Shown: positions 28,513-39,154 of the stretch, piece by piece
Numbering within the stretch: the stretch's first letter is position 1
Layout of the letters: each line of letters starts with the position of its first letter
Origin: a virus
Lineage: Duplodnaviria > Caudoviricetes
IMG/VR virus record: IMGVR_UViG_3300028591_000076
Span: 1 to 64,000 of that record
Reading direction: 5' to 3' (one strand)
Length of the DNA: 64,000 nt
Notes under the pieces: model-generated
Database searches by the model: none
Seen by the model: only the letters and a program-made list of their open reading frames with translations
Told to the model about the DNA's origin: nothing
Program-made: the position numbers and the translations under genes

Positions 28513-31500
28513 TTAAATCAAATCCTTTATAGTAATACCCTTAAAGGCCATATTTGAGTCTTTTTTAATGCCTATACGTATAATTAGTCGGCCAGAATAA
28601 ACGTTACGGCCAAATGTAATTCTCTTTTCAGTAGCAGAAGAACTACCAGCGTACATTGCTTCATCACCATCACTTGAGCCAACCATTAAGAATCCATCAA
28701 ACGGCGCGTTACAATCAATCCACTTAGTAATTGATGGGTCTGTATCAGTAATATTTGGATCAATAATTTTAGCTTGAATAATAATATTATCTGTTACCAT
28801 AGAATATTTATTTGTGGTCCAATATTTCAAATTATCATCTTCAATATCAAACTTTAATGTAAATCCAGAGTTTGCGTCTAAATTAACAGCTTCTAGATTA
28901 TCACCAAACTGAGTTATTGTAGCAAATCTATAAATGTCCTCACCAATTTCTACACCATTAGTAATAGCATCATAATCTGTTATACTACCGTCTGTATATT
29001 CGTTATATTTACCACTTGGCCATTTATATTCTGATATACGAACTGCTTTATCATCTTTAATTACATTTCTACCAACTTTCTGTAATTCATTTATATAAAC
29101 GCCATTATCAAGTGTTTTTGATGAGTCCCAATTAGCATTACCACATTGGCCTACTCTAGAAGGTGTATATGTTGGATATAAGTCTGAACCAGAAAAAACT
29201 CTTTCAGACTCCGTTGTTGGATCAAATCTAATATTAAACTTAAATATATCTGAAATTACTTTTTCATTTCCATAAACATCATATACTATAGCATTAAATA
29301 TAAAGTTATCCCAAACTAAGTCGCTCTGTACCGCATAAGGGCTATTTATGAAGTTATAGTCTTTATATCCTTCATTATTATCTATATTCTTTACAATACT
29401 TAGTCCTTGTGGCTTTTCTAAGTTTTCATTTATATTAGAATATACCATGATACGCTTTGTATCATCTATATTTAACATATTTGTTAAAGCACATTTAATA
29501 CGATAAGTTAAGTTAAATGTAAATGGCGTATCCTTTATCTTTATAGATTTAATACCAGAACAATAACCAGCTTTTTCAGCATTAATAATTGGCGTTACAA
29601 CTGCAAAACGTCTATCTTCTTCACCATCAATTTCTGTCTTATCAAGTAAGTAAGGCTTAATAATATTTATCTTAAAGTCTTCTGTTACGCCAACAACGCC
29701 AGCCATGAAATTAGGGTTATTTGGTTTAATATCAGAAACGCCTATACTAAAAGTATGAGTTCCTACAGAAAGGTCTTCTTTTGGTAAAATCTTTATTTTT
29801 ACTCCATAGAAGTATCCCTCGCCAATAAACTCATCTTTATAAGGGTCAATTGGCTTAGAAATTATCATAAATGAGCTTTGTTTACTTCCAACAAACTTTA
29901 GATTAGTCTCATCAGAATTTTTTGTTAGAAGATGATTTTCTTTATAATTCGTTTCATCAATATCTGGATTTTCTAATTCTTTAGGATCAATATAGCCAGT
30001 TATTACACCTTCATCACCAAAGTAAATTAAGTTTTTCCAGTCATCTATTTGTGGTGTTTGAACACTAAATCTTAAAACGCTCTTATCAATATTACAGTCA
30101 TATCCTTCACTCTCAGTATTTGCTATAACATTATTATCACTTACTGATATATATTTTGTTTTAACATAGTCTTTTACTGGTGATAATTTGATAGAGGAAA
30201 TATTCGCTGGATGTTTTACTTGTAATCTCTTAAGTTCTTGGTTAACTTGGTCAAATGCTTCGCCAATAGTTTTTTTACCTAAGTCTAAAGCACCTAAACC
30301 CCAGCCATTATTAAATGACTCTTTAGAAGTTCTCCAATACCACGATATTCTACCAGATGCGGAGTCTGAATTATCTCCTGTAGTATAAACTGGAAGAATA
30401 GAGAAAACTGGGTCTTGATAAGCTCTATCTAATTTTTCAAAGTATGAGCCATTCCAAATTACCCAGTCTCCAGCCGTGAATACTAAGCCACCAGATTTTA
30501 AGTATCCAGCAATTATAGCATCTTCCTCTGTTAGAGTATTTTCAGTGCTAGCAGCTATAAGAGCTTCTACTTCATCTTTTGTGAGTCTTTCTAGCTTACT
30601 AACCTTAGATGCATCTAGGGTAGTAGCTAAAACTTTTAAATGTTCATTTTCGAATGTATATTGAACTACAGATGCTTGGTCGCTAACAGGATTATCTATA
30701 TTACGTTCTTTAGACTCAGATACTACCCAGAACCATCCAGGCTGTAATTTATTTTCGTCAACTTTTAAGTCTAATGATAAATATGGGTGGTCTTGAATCG
30801 TTTCTTCAAATGTTGGATAAGCACCATTATTTTCATCAAAAGACCAAGAACCAATATATAAAAGTCCACCATATGCTACTGAATCTGGTAATTCTGTAAG
30901 AGGAACTTTTCCAGAAACTAAATCAGCCTTTGTTAAATATATATCTTTAAGAACGCCCTGAAGTGTTCCACCAGTATATGTTAACTCGCCCTCATAGTTT
31001 GAATCGCGCTGATAATAGTCATCTACACCAATCTGGTCAGCAGCTATGTGAACAGAAAGCTCATATTTACCATCTTCACCTTCTACGGCCTGATAATGTA
31101 AATATTCCGCATCTATATTTAACTCTATTTTATTTGTGTCTTCATTATATGTAAAATAATTTTCAAAAGCTGCATATTGTAAATACTGGTCACTTGATTT
31201 AGAATAAATAGGGAACATACCTGGATTTGGTATATCTTGCCTACTAATAGTTGCCGCAAATTTATTTACTCTACAGCTTCTAAACTGTACACTTTTTGGT
31301 TTTTCTAATACATTAAAGAATATACAGCCAATAGCAGAAACTTGATTATGGTCCTTAAAAGTTGCTTCATGTGCAAAACATGTATTTATAAATGTTTTTG
31401 ATGAGTCTACATTAATAATTTTTGCATTAGAGTGGCTAAGCTCAATAAGTATTTTATCATCTTCTTCAGGTGTTTCATCTGTATTCTTTAAGTCAATTTC

Positions 31501-33273
31501 CATTAAAGATACTTCTGAAATCTGAACATTATTATGTAATGCTTCAACATTTAATATCTTATTAGAGGTTATATATTTTATAAATACTGTTTCTTGTGCA
31601 GCTTTAATATTGATGTTAACATTATAAAATACTAGGTCTCTAAATAATAGTACTCCAGCTGTTTCCTGATTATCATAAATTATAGCTTTTTCGTTATTTA
31701 AGGACCTAATGGTAACAGTCTGTCCTGGCTCACCAATTAAAGCAACATTTTCAAAAGCGCTAAGATTTATATCATCATTTATTACATAATTACCAGCTCT
31801 TAAAAAGATAGTTCCCTTAAACTCTAGCTTATTATTAATAGTAAAATCGGCTTTAATACGACTAATTATGTCATTTAAGTAAAATGATGTAGTATTCTTT
31901 ACAATGTAATCTGCTGATTTTGTGCTATATTCACCTTCTACTGCTACAGTTACTGAATAATTCCTTGGACCATAGTAATCTGGCGTAATAGAATCTGAAT
32001 ATGCAGAAATAGCTGCTGAGTCCATTGTTACAGATGGTGGAATTTTACCATTTATAGCAACAATTGCAAAACCAAAGTTACAGTTATTTTCATCCTTAGT
32101 TACAAATGGTAAATACTCCTGAGTTGTCTTATTCCAATAAAGTAATAAAGCTCTTACTTTTTCTGGATTTTCTTCTATAGTAAATGTATATTCGCCATCT
32201 TCTGGAGTATCAGTAGCATCTATAATTATAAATGCATCTCTTTCACCACTAGGTAATTTATAAATTCCCTTAGTTATGGATTTAGCTTTACCACCCTCAA
32301 AAGAAGCTTGACCCTGAGATACTACTACTGTATATGTATTATCTTTTAAAAGTCCCTGAGATGCAAATGTTATTTTGAAATTATCATTTTGTTCTGATAA
32401 AGATGGTATCTTGTCAGATAACAATGTACCAATTTCAGCGTCTAGAGAGTCATCATATCCTTTTACTTTATCTTTAGTAAATGTATACTCTAATGCGATA
32501 ATCTTTTCAAGTGAAAGCGCAATACCTTCATTCTTATCTGCACCGTCCCATCCATATGTCGCTGCAAAGCCATCTTCTACTTTCGAAGCAACTTTACATA
32601 TATGACTATAAAGAGACTCTTCTGCGTTGGAATTATAATCTATTAAATATACGCCCTTTGGAATATGCCAGTTTTCGAGTGGTAATGCTGCACCATCATA
32701 GCCGTATGTGTCCTGTCTAAATCCAGTTCCACCAGTATATTGATAAAATGTAATTTTAGGTGGATGATTATGGTCTACGCCCTCTGGTAAATCACCATAG
32801 AACGTAAGTACGCCCGAAAAAATATCAAGATGCCAATCACCTACACCAAAATAAATTCTATCACCAGCATCTGTTGTTAAATAATAATTATAGAGGTCTA
32901 ATGCATAATTAAATGGGATAATATTTTGTAAAGGCTTTCCATTTTCATCTACAAGCTTAAATGAGTTATCCGTACCATCATCTATTTTTGTAAGGGGATA
33001 ATTCACATGTTTCGTAAATACAGGTATATATGTGGACTCATCTTTTTGCCAGGTCCATACATCACCATCATTAAAATTTTTGATTTTTATATATGTTTCA
33101 TCCTGTCTAGATGTTGGCTTTGGGATCTGGTCAGCATACATAAGAAGCTGATTTGGATTTACTGAAAATGCAGAGGTTATAGCCTCTTCAAAGAAATCTC
33201 TATTAGTTCGTGTATCTGCTACGCCCGAATAGTGCTTATATAGCTTAGTAGTTATTTGTTTTATGCTTGGCAT
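28513..33273 (-). CDS. large virion structural (tail/baseplate) protein, 1586 aa
   Basis: first gene of tail operon after ACTAATT motif; beta-helix-like GTIFLRAGNY..ALIGE region; GDWVIWNG module. Confidence 0.7.
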   Translation of the reverse strand: MPSIKQITTKLYKHYSGVADTRTNRDFFEEAITSAFSVNPNQLLMYADQIPKPTSRQDETYIKIKNFNDGDVWTWQKDESTYIPVFTKHVNYPLTKIDDGTDNSFKLVDENGKPLQNIIPFNYALDLYNYYLTTDAGDRIYFGVGDWHLDIFSGVLTFYGDLPEGVDHNHPPKITFYQYTGGTGFRQDTYGYDGAALPLENWHIPKGVYLIDYNSNAEESLYSHICKVASKVEDGFAATYGWDGADKNEGIALSLEKIIALEYTFTKDKVKGYDDSLDAEIGTLLSDKIPSLSEQNDNFKITFASQGLLKDNTYTVVVSQGQASFEGGKAKSITKGIYKLPSGERDAFIIIDATDTPEDGEYTFTIEENPEKVRALLLYWNKTTQEYLPFVTKDENNCNFGFAIVAINGKIPPSVTMDSAAISAYSDSITPDYYGPRNYSVTVAVEGEYSTKSADYIVKNTTSFYLNDIISRIKADFTINNKLEFKGTIFLRAGNYVINDDINLSAFENVALIGEPGQTVTIRSLNNEKAIIYDNQETAGVLLFRDLVFYNVNINIKAAQETVFIKYITSNKILNVEALHNNVQISEVSLMEIDLKNTDETPEEDDKILIELSHSNAKIINVDSSKTFINTCFAHEATFKDHNQVSAIGCIFFNVLEKPKSVQFRSCRVNKFAATISRQDIPNPGMFPIYSKSSDQYLQYAAFENYFTYNEDTNKIELNIDAEYLHYQAVEGEDGKYELSVHIAADQIGVDDYYQRDSNYEGELTYTGGTLQGVLKDIYLTKADLVSGKVPLTELPDSVAYGGLLYIGSWSFDENNGAYPTFEETIQDHPYLSLDLKVDENKLQPGWFWVVSESKERNIDNPVSDQASVVQYTFENEHLKVLATTLDASKVSKLERLTKDEVEALIAASTENTLTEEDAIIAGYLKSGGLVFTAGDWVIWNGSYFEKLDRAYQDPVFSILPVYTTGDNSDSASGRISWYWRTSKESFNNGWGLGALDLGKKTIGEAFDQVNQELKRLQVKHPANISSIKLSPVKDYVKTKYISVSDNNVIANTESEGYDCNIDKSVLRFSVQTPQIDDWKNLIYFGDEGVITGYIDPKELENPDIDETNYKENHLLTKNSDETNLKFVGSKQSSFMIISKPIDPYKDEFIGEGYFYGVKIKILPKEDLSVGTHTFSIGVSDIKPNNPNFMAGVVGVTEDFKINIIKPYLLDKTEIDGEEDRRFAVVTPIINAEKAGYCSGIKSIKIKDTPFTFNLTYRIKCALTNMLNIDDTKRIMVYSNINENLEKPQGLSIVKNIDNNEGYKDYNFINSPYAVQSDLVWDNFIFNAIVYDVYGNEKVISDIFKFNIRFDPTTESERVFSGSDLYPTYTPSRVGQCGNANWDSSKTLDNGVYINELQKVGRNVIKDDKAVRISEYKWPSGKYNEYTDGSITDYDAITNGVEIGEDIYRFATITQFGDNLEAVNLDANSGFTLKFDIEDDNLKYWTTNKYSMVTDNIIIQAKIIDPNITDTDPSITKWIDCNAPFDGFLMVGSSDGDEAMYAGSSSATEKRITFGRNVYSGRLIIRIGIKKDSNMAFKGITIKDLI

Positions 33274-33330
33274 TTAAAAAATTCCTTAAAAGTACTTTAT
33301 AAGGCCAATTTGGCTTATTTAATCTTATAA

Positions 33331-33379
33331 AATTAGTAGTAATATTCCGAATGAAGTGAAAAAGCACATAATACTAATT
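33331..33379. promoter_or_regulatory. divergent pair of ACTAATT motifs (putative late promoters)
   Basis: 33331-33337 (-) heads the tail operon, 33373-33379 (+) heads the divergent operon; same motif precedes other virion-type genes. Confidence 0.55.
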
Positions 33380-33420
33380 TATTATAATTTATTATATCTT
33401 AAATTAGAGGAAATTAAAAT

Positions 33421-34107
33421 ATGGATTTAGTAGCAGAGTTCTTTGAGTCAATTGATAATAGTGAGCCTAATGAAAATAAAGTATTATCTAAAAAAGATGG
33501 CCTACTTATTTATGGTGGTAGACTACTTATGTATGGCGATGATGCTGTAAGTGATGATATATGTACTTTACATTATGCTTTTATAGGCAAATACACACAT
33601 AAGTACCATGAAGAAAATACAGAAAAATCAAAAGACTTCTTTGTAGTATTTATTGGTGACTCTAATCATAAATATGAAGGTGGCTGGGGTCATGAGGGTT
33701 ATGGAACAGAGCCACCAGATGGGGAATCTTGGTGGAGTGAGAGTGAAATAAAGCTAACGGAATACTATTGGGGTCCTGAATTTTTTGATAACTTTGAAAA
33801 TGCTAAAAAATACTATGAACAAGACAATTTACAACATACACCAGATAACTTAGTAAGTAGTCTACATGATGACGAAGATGCATATATTGACTTAATTGAT
33901 GAGTTCAACAAAAAATATGCAGACACTGTATTTGGTGTAGCTTCAGGCGGATGCTGGGAAAATGGTGATCTTGGTGAAATTGATCTTAAGAGCGATGAAG
34001 CTGATAAAAGTAAGTTTACACTACAAGAGCCAGATGAAGATGCTGGTAGAGGTGCTTGGGCAAAATATTCCGCTTATAAATCTGGTACTGCTAAGAGGCC
34101 CTGGTAA
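33421..34107 (+). CDS. acidic hypothetical protein
   Basis: 228 aa, GAGG RBS, ACTAATT upstream. Confidence 0.75.
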   Translation: MDLVAEFFESIDNSEPNENKVLSKKDGLLIYGGRLLMYGDDAVSDDICTLHYAFIGKYTHKYHEENTEKSKDFFVVFIGDSNHKYEGGWGHEGYGTEPPDGESWWSESEIKLTEYYWGPEFFDNFENAKKYYEQDNLQHTPDNLVSSLHDDEDAYIDLIDEFNKKYADTVFGVASGGCWENGDLGEIDLKSDEADKSKFTLQEPDEDAGRGAWAKYSAYKSGTAKRPW

Positions 34108-34110
34108 AAT

Positions 34111-35151
34111 ATGATTAAATTTAATGATGACGAATTAAAAAATAAAGAAAAAAATGAACTTTTTGCTAAATTTATAAAAGCTCTTAGAAAAGCAGATTTT
34201 ATAGATGATAATGGGTCAGTAAATATATCTAAAATAGCAAAAGATAGAAACTGGCCTAAAACATTAGATATAGAAAATTTTGAGATTGACTCTATAATGG
34301 CAGATGCGCTTGTTGGTAATGCTGGTGGTGACTGGCAAATGGCAACATGGTTTACAGTTTACTATAACAAGAAAAAAGATAGTGTAGACCTTATTATGTT
34401 TGAAGATGGCTCTAATGGTACTGGTAAAAAGCAATCTTTTTCAAAAGTAAAAAAAGAAATACAAAAAATCCTTTCTGGTGAAATATCAGAAAATGATGAT
34501 GATAAAAGTGAAAAATCAGAAGACAAAGATGACGCATCTTCTCATTACTTTTCTGAAGAAGAACTTAGAAAGCTAGGTAAAGAATACCTTGAAAAACTAG
34601 AAAAAGAAGAGTTAGATGAGTCCAAGTCTGGCGATACTAGAACCCTCAAAAAATATTTTAAGGAATTTAATAAAAAATTCTTTAATAATGAAATTCCAGA
34701 TATGGAAATTAAGCTAACAGGTAAGGATACGGAGCATTCTAAAGGAGTTGCAGGCTCATTTAATTACTTTAAGGATATGAAAAGTATTCATAGTAATAAA
34801 AGTGGAAAACATTTCAGCTTAGATGACTTAAGAAATAAAGGTCATAGAGATGATGAGGAAGAAAGAGCTTTTAATTACTTTGTTGAACATTCATATATTG
34901 AACTTCCTAAAGACGTAGTAGAAAAGGGTAAATATTATTTCTGTTCTGTATTACTTCATGAGATGACTCATGCTTGGGTAAATCTTTGCTCTAAGTCACA
35001 TGATAAAGACCCACATGGTCCAACTTTCAGAAAAAAGGTGGATGAAATCAATAGAAAATCTAATAATGAATATCGTGTTGCATATGAACAAGTCCCACAA
35101 GAGCTTGTTTCTGATAAGCCAATAAATGAAAGACCAGAAGATATAAATTAA
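34111..35151 (+). CDS. SprT-like zinc metalloprotease domain protein
   Basis: FNKKFFNNEIP, VLLHEMTH (HExxH), HGPTF. Confidence 0.85.
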   Translation: MIKFNDDELKNKEKNELFAKFIKALRKADFIDDNGSVNISKIAKDRNWPKTLDIENFEIDSIMADALVGNAGGDWQMATWFTVYYNKKKDSVDLIMFEDGSNGTGKKQSFSKVKKEIQKILSGEISENDDDKSEKSEDKDDASSHYFSEEELRKLGKEYLEKLEKEELDESKSGDTRTLKKYFKEFNKKFFNNEIPDMEIKLTGKDTEHSKGVAGSFNYFKDMKSIHSNKSGKHFSLDDLRNKGHRDDEEERAFNYFVEHSYIELPKDVVEKGKYYFCSVLLHEMTHAWVNLCSKSHDKDPHGPTFRKKVDEINRKSNNEYRVAYEQVPQELVSDKPINERPEDIN

Positions 35152-35155
35152 ATAT

Positions 35156-35740
35156 ATGAATATTTTTGAATGCGTATATAATTCTGCTAATAATTTAAGG
35201 CTATTTGAAATGGCTGCTGAAACGGCTTATAGAAATAGAATCGCGCCAGAACTTAAAAATGCAAAGCTTGGTAAACCTTTAAACATCTCTAACGCTGGCG
35301 CGGTATTAAATAACTATAATGAAATACCAATTTTTACAGATATAAATGGTAATGAAATTACTCAATCTCAATTTGTTATCAATTTATATAATCTTGGTAT
35401 AAAGGACGGCTATGAGCCACAAAAAGTAAAAGACGCTATATTTTATTATTTATATCCAGCTAATAAAAAATTTATTATTCCAGAAAATTGGTCATATATT
35501 GAAAAGAAAAAACGTACATATGATGGTAAAGAAATAACTGTAAAAATAAACCTAACTAGATATACTAGCTTAGATATGGTCATAACTGAAATTATTAGCG
35601 CATATTTAGATAATTATAAAATTGTAGAAATAACTGATAAAAATAATCAGCTTATTTTTGAAATAAAGAAAAATAATAAGGTACTAGATGAAGTTAAAGA
35701 TAAAGAGATATTAGGTCAACTTAAATCTCAAGAGAAATAA
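35156..35740 (+). CDS. hypothetical protein (putative head-associated)
   Basis: N-terminal IFECVY...LFE-MA pattern shared with 42299..43237. Confidence 0.6.
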   Translation: MNIFECVYNSANNLRLFEMAAETAYRNRIAPELKNAKLGKPLNISNAGAVLNNYNEIPIFTDINGNEITQSQFVINLYNLGIKDGYEPQKVKDAIFYYLYPANKKFIIPENWSYIEKKKRTYDGKEITVKINLTRYTSLDMVITEIISAYLDNYKIVEITDKNNQLIFEIKKNNKVLDEVKDKEILGQLKSQEK

Positions 35741-36011
35741 TATCTTTATTTCCGCCATTTTTAATATAAAAATCCATAATTACATTAGCCTCTTTATTAT
35801 TTAAGCTAACACAAGTATTGATCATCTTGTATTCACTAATAGCTTTAATAATTCCATCATTTAATGGAAATACTTTAAGTTTCATTGGCGTTTCTACTTC
35901 ATGTTCTTTTTTATTGGTAATAAGGTCTATACCAAAAAGTGAATCAAATTTGCCAGTTCCCAAAATATAAGCGAATACAGCGTATTTTTTATTTAAATCT
36001 TTAATATTCAT
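35721..36011 (-). CDS. hypothetical protein
   Basis: 96 aa, AGGAG RBS, TTACATATT upstream. Confidence 0.7.
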   Translation of the reverse strand: MNIKDLNKKYAVFAYILGTGKFDSLFGIDLITNKKEHEVETPMKLKVFPLNDGIIKAISEYKMINTCVSLNNKEANVIMDFYIKNGGNKDIISLEI

Positions 36012-36063
36012 ATTAGTCTCCTTACATTACATAATATGTAAAAAGTATATAGAAAATATGAAA

Positions 36064-36360
36064 TTATAAAAAATACTCGCTAGCTATATCAGGCGCATCT
36101 TCAAACCAGAATGGTATTATTTGTTGGTTAGTATCTACTAGGTCTATATAAAAAATTTTATTTTCTTTAGCAGCTCTATTCTCAATCTCTTTTCTTAATT
36201 CTAACGAATATTCGCCGACAGTATAATATCCATCAATTTTTGTAGGATATTTATGTTCATCTATAAGCTTTAATACCTGGTCCGGACTGCCAACATAATA
36301 TAGACTAGCAAGTAATTGCTGTGACATTATGCTATTTTTTAAAGTTATACTATTATTCAT
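36064..36360 (-). CDS. hypothetical protein (YF-motif group)
   Basis: ends IASEYFL. Confidence 0.65.
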   Translation of the reverse strand: MNNSITLKNSIMSQQLLASLYYVGSPDQVLKLIDEHKYPTKIDGYYTVGEYSLELRKEIENRAAKENKIFYIDLVDTNQQIIPFWFEDAPDIASEYFL

Positions 36361-36397
36361 CTTCTAAATTCCTTTATATATGAACTCATACATTTCC

Positions 36398-36730
36398 TTA
36401 TAAAAAATAATTGTTAATTTGATCCATACTATCTTTATAAGAAAGTATTTTATGCAAAATATCTTCTACATATTCTTCTTCTTTAGGATTAAAAGAGTAA
36501 TTATGCAGGTTATTTTTACTAATAACGCTTATAATAATATGGTCCGCTTGAATAAGTTTTGTTTTACCTATCAAAGACCACTGTTCATATATAGAATGTA
36601 CGATATGTTTATAAACTAAGTATTGTTCTACACCGATGTAAACAGTTTCGTCTAGATTGTCCTTAAAAAAGCTATAAATAAGACTATCATTTTTATTTAT
36701 TAACTCTTCTATATTATTGTTTTTATTCAT
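36398..36730 (-). CDS. hypothetical protein (YF-motif group), paralog of 36740..37042
   Basis: IYSFFKDNLDETVYI; ends QINNYFL. Confidence 0.65.
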   Translation of the reverse strand: MNKNNNIEELINKNDSLIYSFFKDNLDETVYIGVEQYLVYKHIVHSIYEQWSLIGKTKLIQADHIIISVISKNNLHNYSFNPKEEEYVEDILHKILSYKDSMDQINNYFL

Positions 36731-36739
36731 ATATAAACC

Positions 36740-37042
36740 TTAAGAATAATAATTATTAATATACCTTTCTTCATATATACTTCTAACCATTTTAGCTAGG
36801 TCAGCTTTTAAAAACTTATCCCATACTTCTACATCATCATCAATAAGAGCAAATTTATTTAATTTTATGTAATATACTAATAATATTCCATATTTAACAT
36901 TTGCAAGCTCATAAGTATCAGCTAACGTAAATTTTGCGTCTGAAATAAAATAAAATCTACCATCTACATTAACTTGTTCCCCAGCATGCGCTTTAAGAAA
37001 ATCATATAAACATCTATTAGTTTTCATCATTTCAGGAGTCAT
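36740..37042 (-). CDS. hypothetical protein (YY-motif group)
   Basis: LYDFLKAHAGEQVNV; ends YINNYYS. Confidence 0.65.
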   Translation of the reverse strand: MTPEMMKTNRCLYDFLKAHAGEQVNVDGRFYFISDAKFTLADTYELANVKYGILLVYYIKLNKFALIDDDVEVWDKFLKADLAKMVRSIYEERYINNYYS

Positions 37043-37195
37043 TTTATAATTTTCTAGTTATGAGTCTACTTTTGTATTTTCTCTCTTAAAAAAACTCATA
37101 AGTTTATCCTTAAAAATGTGAATTTTTTGAAATTGAAGTTATATTAATTAATGTATAGTAAGAAGGAATATAGCTTTTGGCTTGCGTAGCGCCAA

Positions 37196-37459
37196 TTAAT
37201 AATTATAATATTTTTCTATATTTGTATCATTTGTTTCGTTTATTATAAATTCGTATACAACAACACCAGAAATTGTTGTATTTAAATAATTTATTTTATA
37301 TTTTATATTATGGTCATCTAAAAAGCTTCTTATTAAAATTGCTGGAATACCATTATATCCATAATTTGCTATTAAAGATGTAAATTTATTATTAAATGCG
37401 TCTTTTAATTGAGGAAATTGCTCTAGTAAAGTTTTTTCATTAGCAGTAATATCAGCCAT
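37196..37459 (-). CDS. hypothetical protein, paralog of 37452..37763
   Basis: FPQLKDAFNNKFTS; ends NIEKYYNY. Confidence 0.65.
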   Translation of the reverse strand: MADITANEKTLLEQFPQLKDAFNNKFTSLIANYGYNGIPAILIRSFLDDHNIKYKINYLNTTISGVVVYEFIINETNDTNIEKYYNY

Positions 37460-37763
37460 AATAATAATTCTCTAACTTATCCATATTTATAAAAATTCTG
37501 TAGGACTGTATAATACCGCATGTTACTTTTTCAGCAGATAATTTATAATTTAATTTTTTCTTATCCAGTAATTCTAATATTTTTTCTTTTTGATTTGGTG
37601 CAGGTGAACCAATCATATATTCATTAAACTCAATAGGAATTACAAAAGATACATATTCACCATTTAGCGCTTTTTGTAAATCTGGATATAAGCTAATAAT
37701 ACCATTATCAGTATATCGAATATATCCATTAGAGTATTGAACGGTTAAGGGACTTTCTTCCAT
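37452..37763 (-). CDS. hypothetical protein, paralog of 37196..37459
   Basis: YPDLQKALNGEYVS; ends KLENYYYG. Confidence 0.65.
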   Translation of the reverse strand: MEESPLTVQYSNGYIRYTDNGIISLYPDLQKALNGEYVSFVIPIEFNEYMIGSPAPNQKEKILELLDKKKLNYKLSAEKVTCGIIQSYRIFINMDKLENYYYG

Positions 37764-37850
37764 ATGTATATAATATGTAAATACTATTTATTTTAGTATA
37801 TAAAAGGCAATTAAGAGTTTTTACTAAATAGTATAGGAGAATTTATATTT

Positions 37851-39122
37851 ATGTTTAATGAGTCAATAATATCAGATAAAGAATATAATAAAAACTTAAA
37901 AGCTAACTTAGCACAGTCCTTAAAGGATGAGTTATATATTTTCGAAGATGAATTTAAAGATTATAAGTTAGAAGTAGAAAATCCGAAAAAGCTTGATAAA
38001 GGATTTGATGCAAAATTAAATATTTATAATAAGAAAAATGAGTTAGTAGGTTATATTGCATATTATGAAACTCACTACTTAAATATTTGCGCTTATACGG
38101 CAGATAATGATATGGTAGCACATGAAATTGGCAACTGGGGTGACCAAAGAAATATTGCAAAACTTATTAGAATTTTAATAAATCCGGATGTTACAAAAGC
38201 TATTGTTACATATGAAGCAAATATAAATTCATTAAAAGAAAATATTGATTTAGAAAAAAAGCCAGAAGCTGCATTAGAACAAGTATTTATTGGTACCGAA
38301 AAAGTTTCATCACATGATGAAGAAGATACAAAGTTAAAGGACTATTGTGATAAACTTTTACTAACAGCTGACGAAAGAGAAAAGGTTATTGATTACTTAA
38401 ATAATCGTTTTCCAAATGAATCAAAAAATGGAAATGAGTTTGCAAATGGATGTATAACTCGTAAAAAAAATATAGATGACGCTATTAAGTCTTTAAGCCT
38501 ATCCGCATTTGCTCTACAAAGAATTGAGTCTTATAAAGATGCAGAAAAAGGTAAGCAATATATTGTTCTTTTTATAAAAAATGCTCTCTTAAAAGATGAC
38601 TATCATGATCAACATCCCGCTTATAAATTAAATACCAAAGCTGAAGACCGAACTAATCCAGAATTAGATAATGCAGCTACTATTGATAGACTTCATGCTC
38701 TTATTTTTAAGAATAGGGAAAATGCGCAAAATTATTTGGATAATCATGAAGAATTTAAGAATGAAGGTTTTAAGGTAGCTAAAGTTGATATTGGCGGCTA
38801 TGAATTATGGAGCTGTCAAGATTTAGTAGATTATGAGAGCTTAAAAGAAAATATATATCTTGGTAGACAAGATAGCCTGGTATTAAAAGAAATACCTAAT
38901 AGCGTAAGACCTAAGTTCTTAAAGAAAAACGGTAAATGTTCAAATATTATATATGCTGATAAAAAAGATTATCAAAATACCTCAGATAAAAACAATATTG
39001 ATTACGAAAAAGGGTGGATATTAAAAAGAAATCCAGAACCAGAAAAACTACACAATAAATTTGCAAAGGATGAAAAGAAAGGCGTTTGGTACGGTATAGC
39101 GCCAGGTGATATTGGAGAATAA
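37851..39122 (+). CDS. hypothetical protein (putative late/head-associated)
   Basis: 423 aa, ACTAAAT + AGGAG upstream. Confidence 0.75.
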   Translation: MFNESIISDKEYNKNLKANLAQSLKDELYIFEDEFKDYKLEVENPKKLDKGFDAKLNIYNKKNELVGYIAYYETHYLNICAYTADNDMVAHEIGNWGDQRNIAKLIRILINPDVTKAIVTYEANINSLKENIDLEKKPEAALEQVFIGTEKVSSHDEEDTKLKDYCDKLLLTADEREKVIDYLNNRFPNESKNGNEFANGCITRKKNIDDAIKSLSLSAFALQRIESYKDAEKGKQYIVLFIKNALLKDDYHDQHPAYKLNTKAEDRTNPELDNAATIDRLHALIFKNRENAQNYLDNHEEFKNEGFKVAKVDIGGYELWSCQDLVDYESLKENIYLGRQDSLVLKEIPNSVRPKFLKKNGKCSNIIYADKKDYQNTSDKNNIDYEKGWILKRNPEPEKLHNKFAKDEKKGVWYGIAPGDIGE

Positions 39123-39126
39123 TATT

Positions 39127-39151
39127 AAAAAGGCTAGTATTAACTAGCCTT
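39127..39151. terminator. bidirectional intrinsic terminator
   Basis: AAGGCTAGT..ACTAGCCTT between convergent genes. Confidence 0.8.
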
Positions 39152-39154
39152 ATT

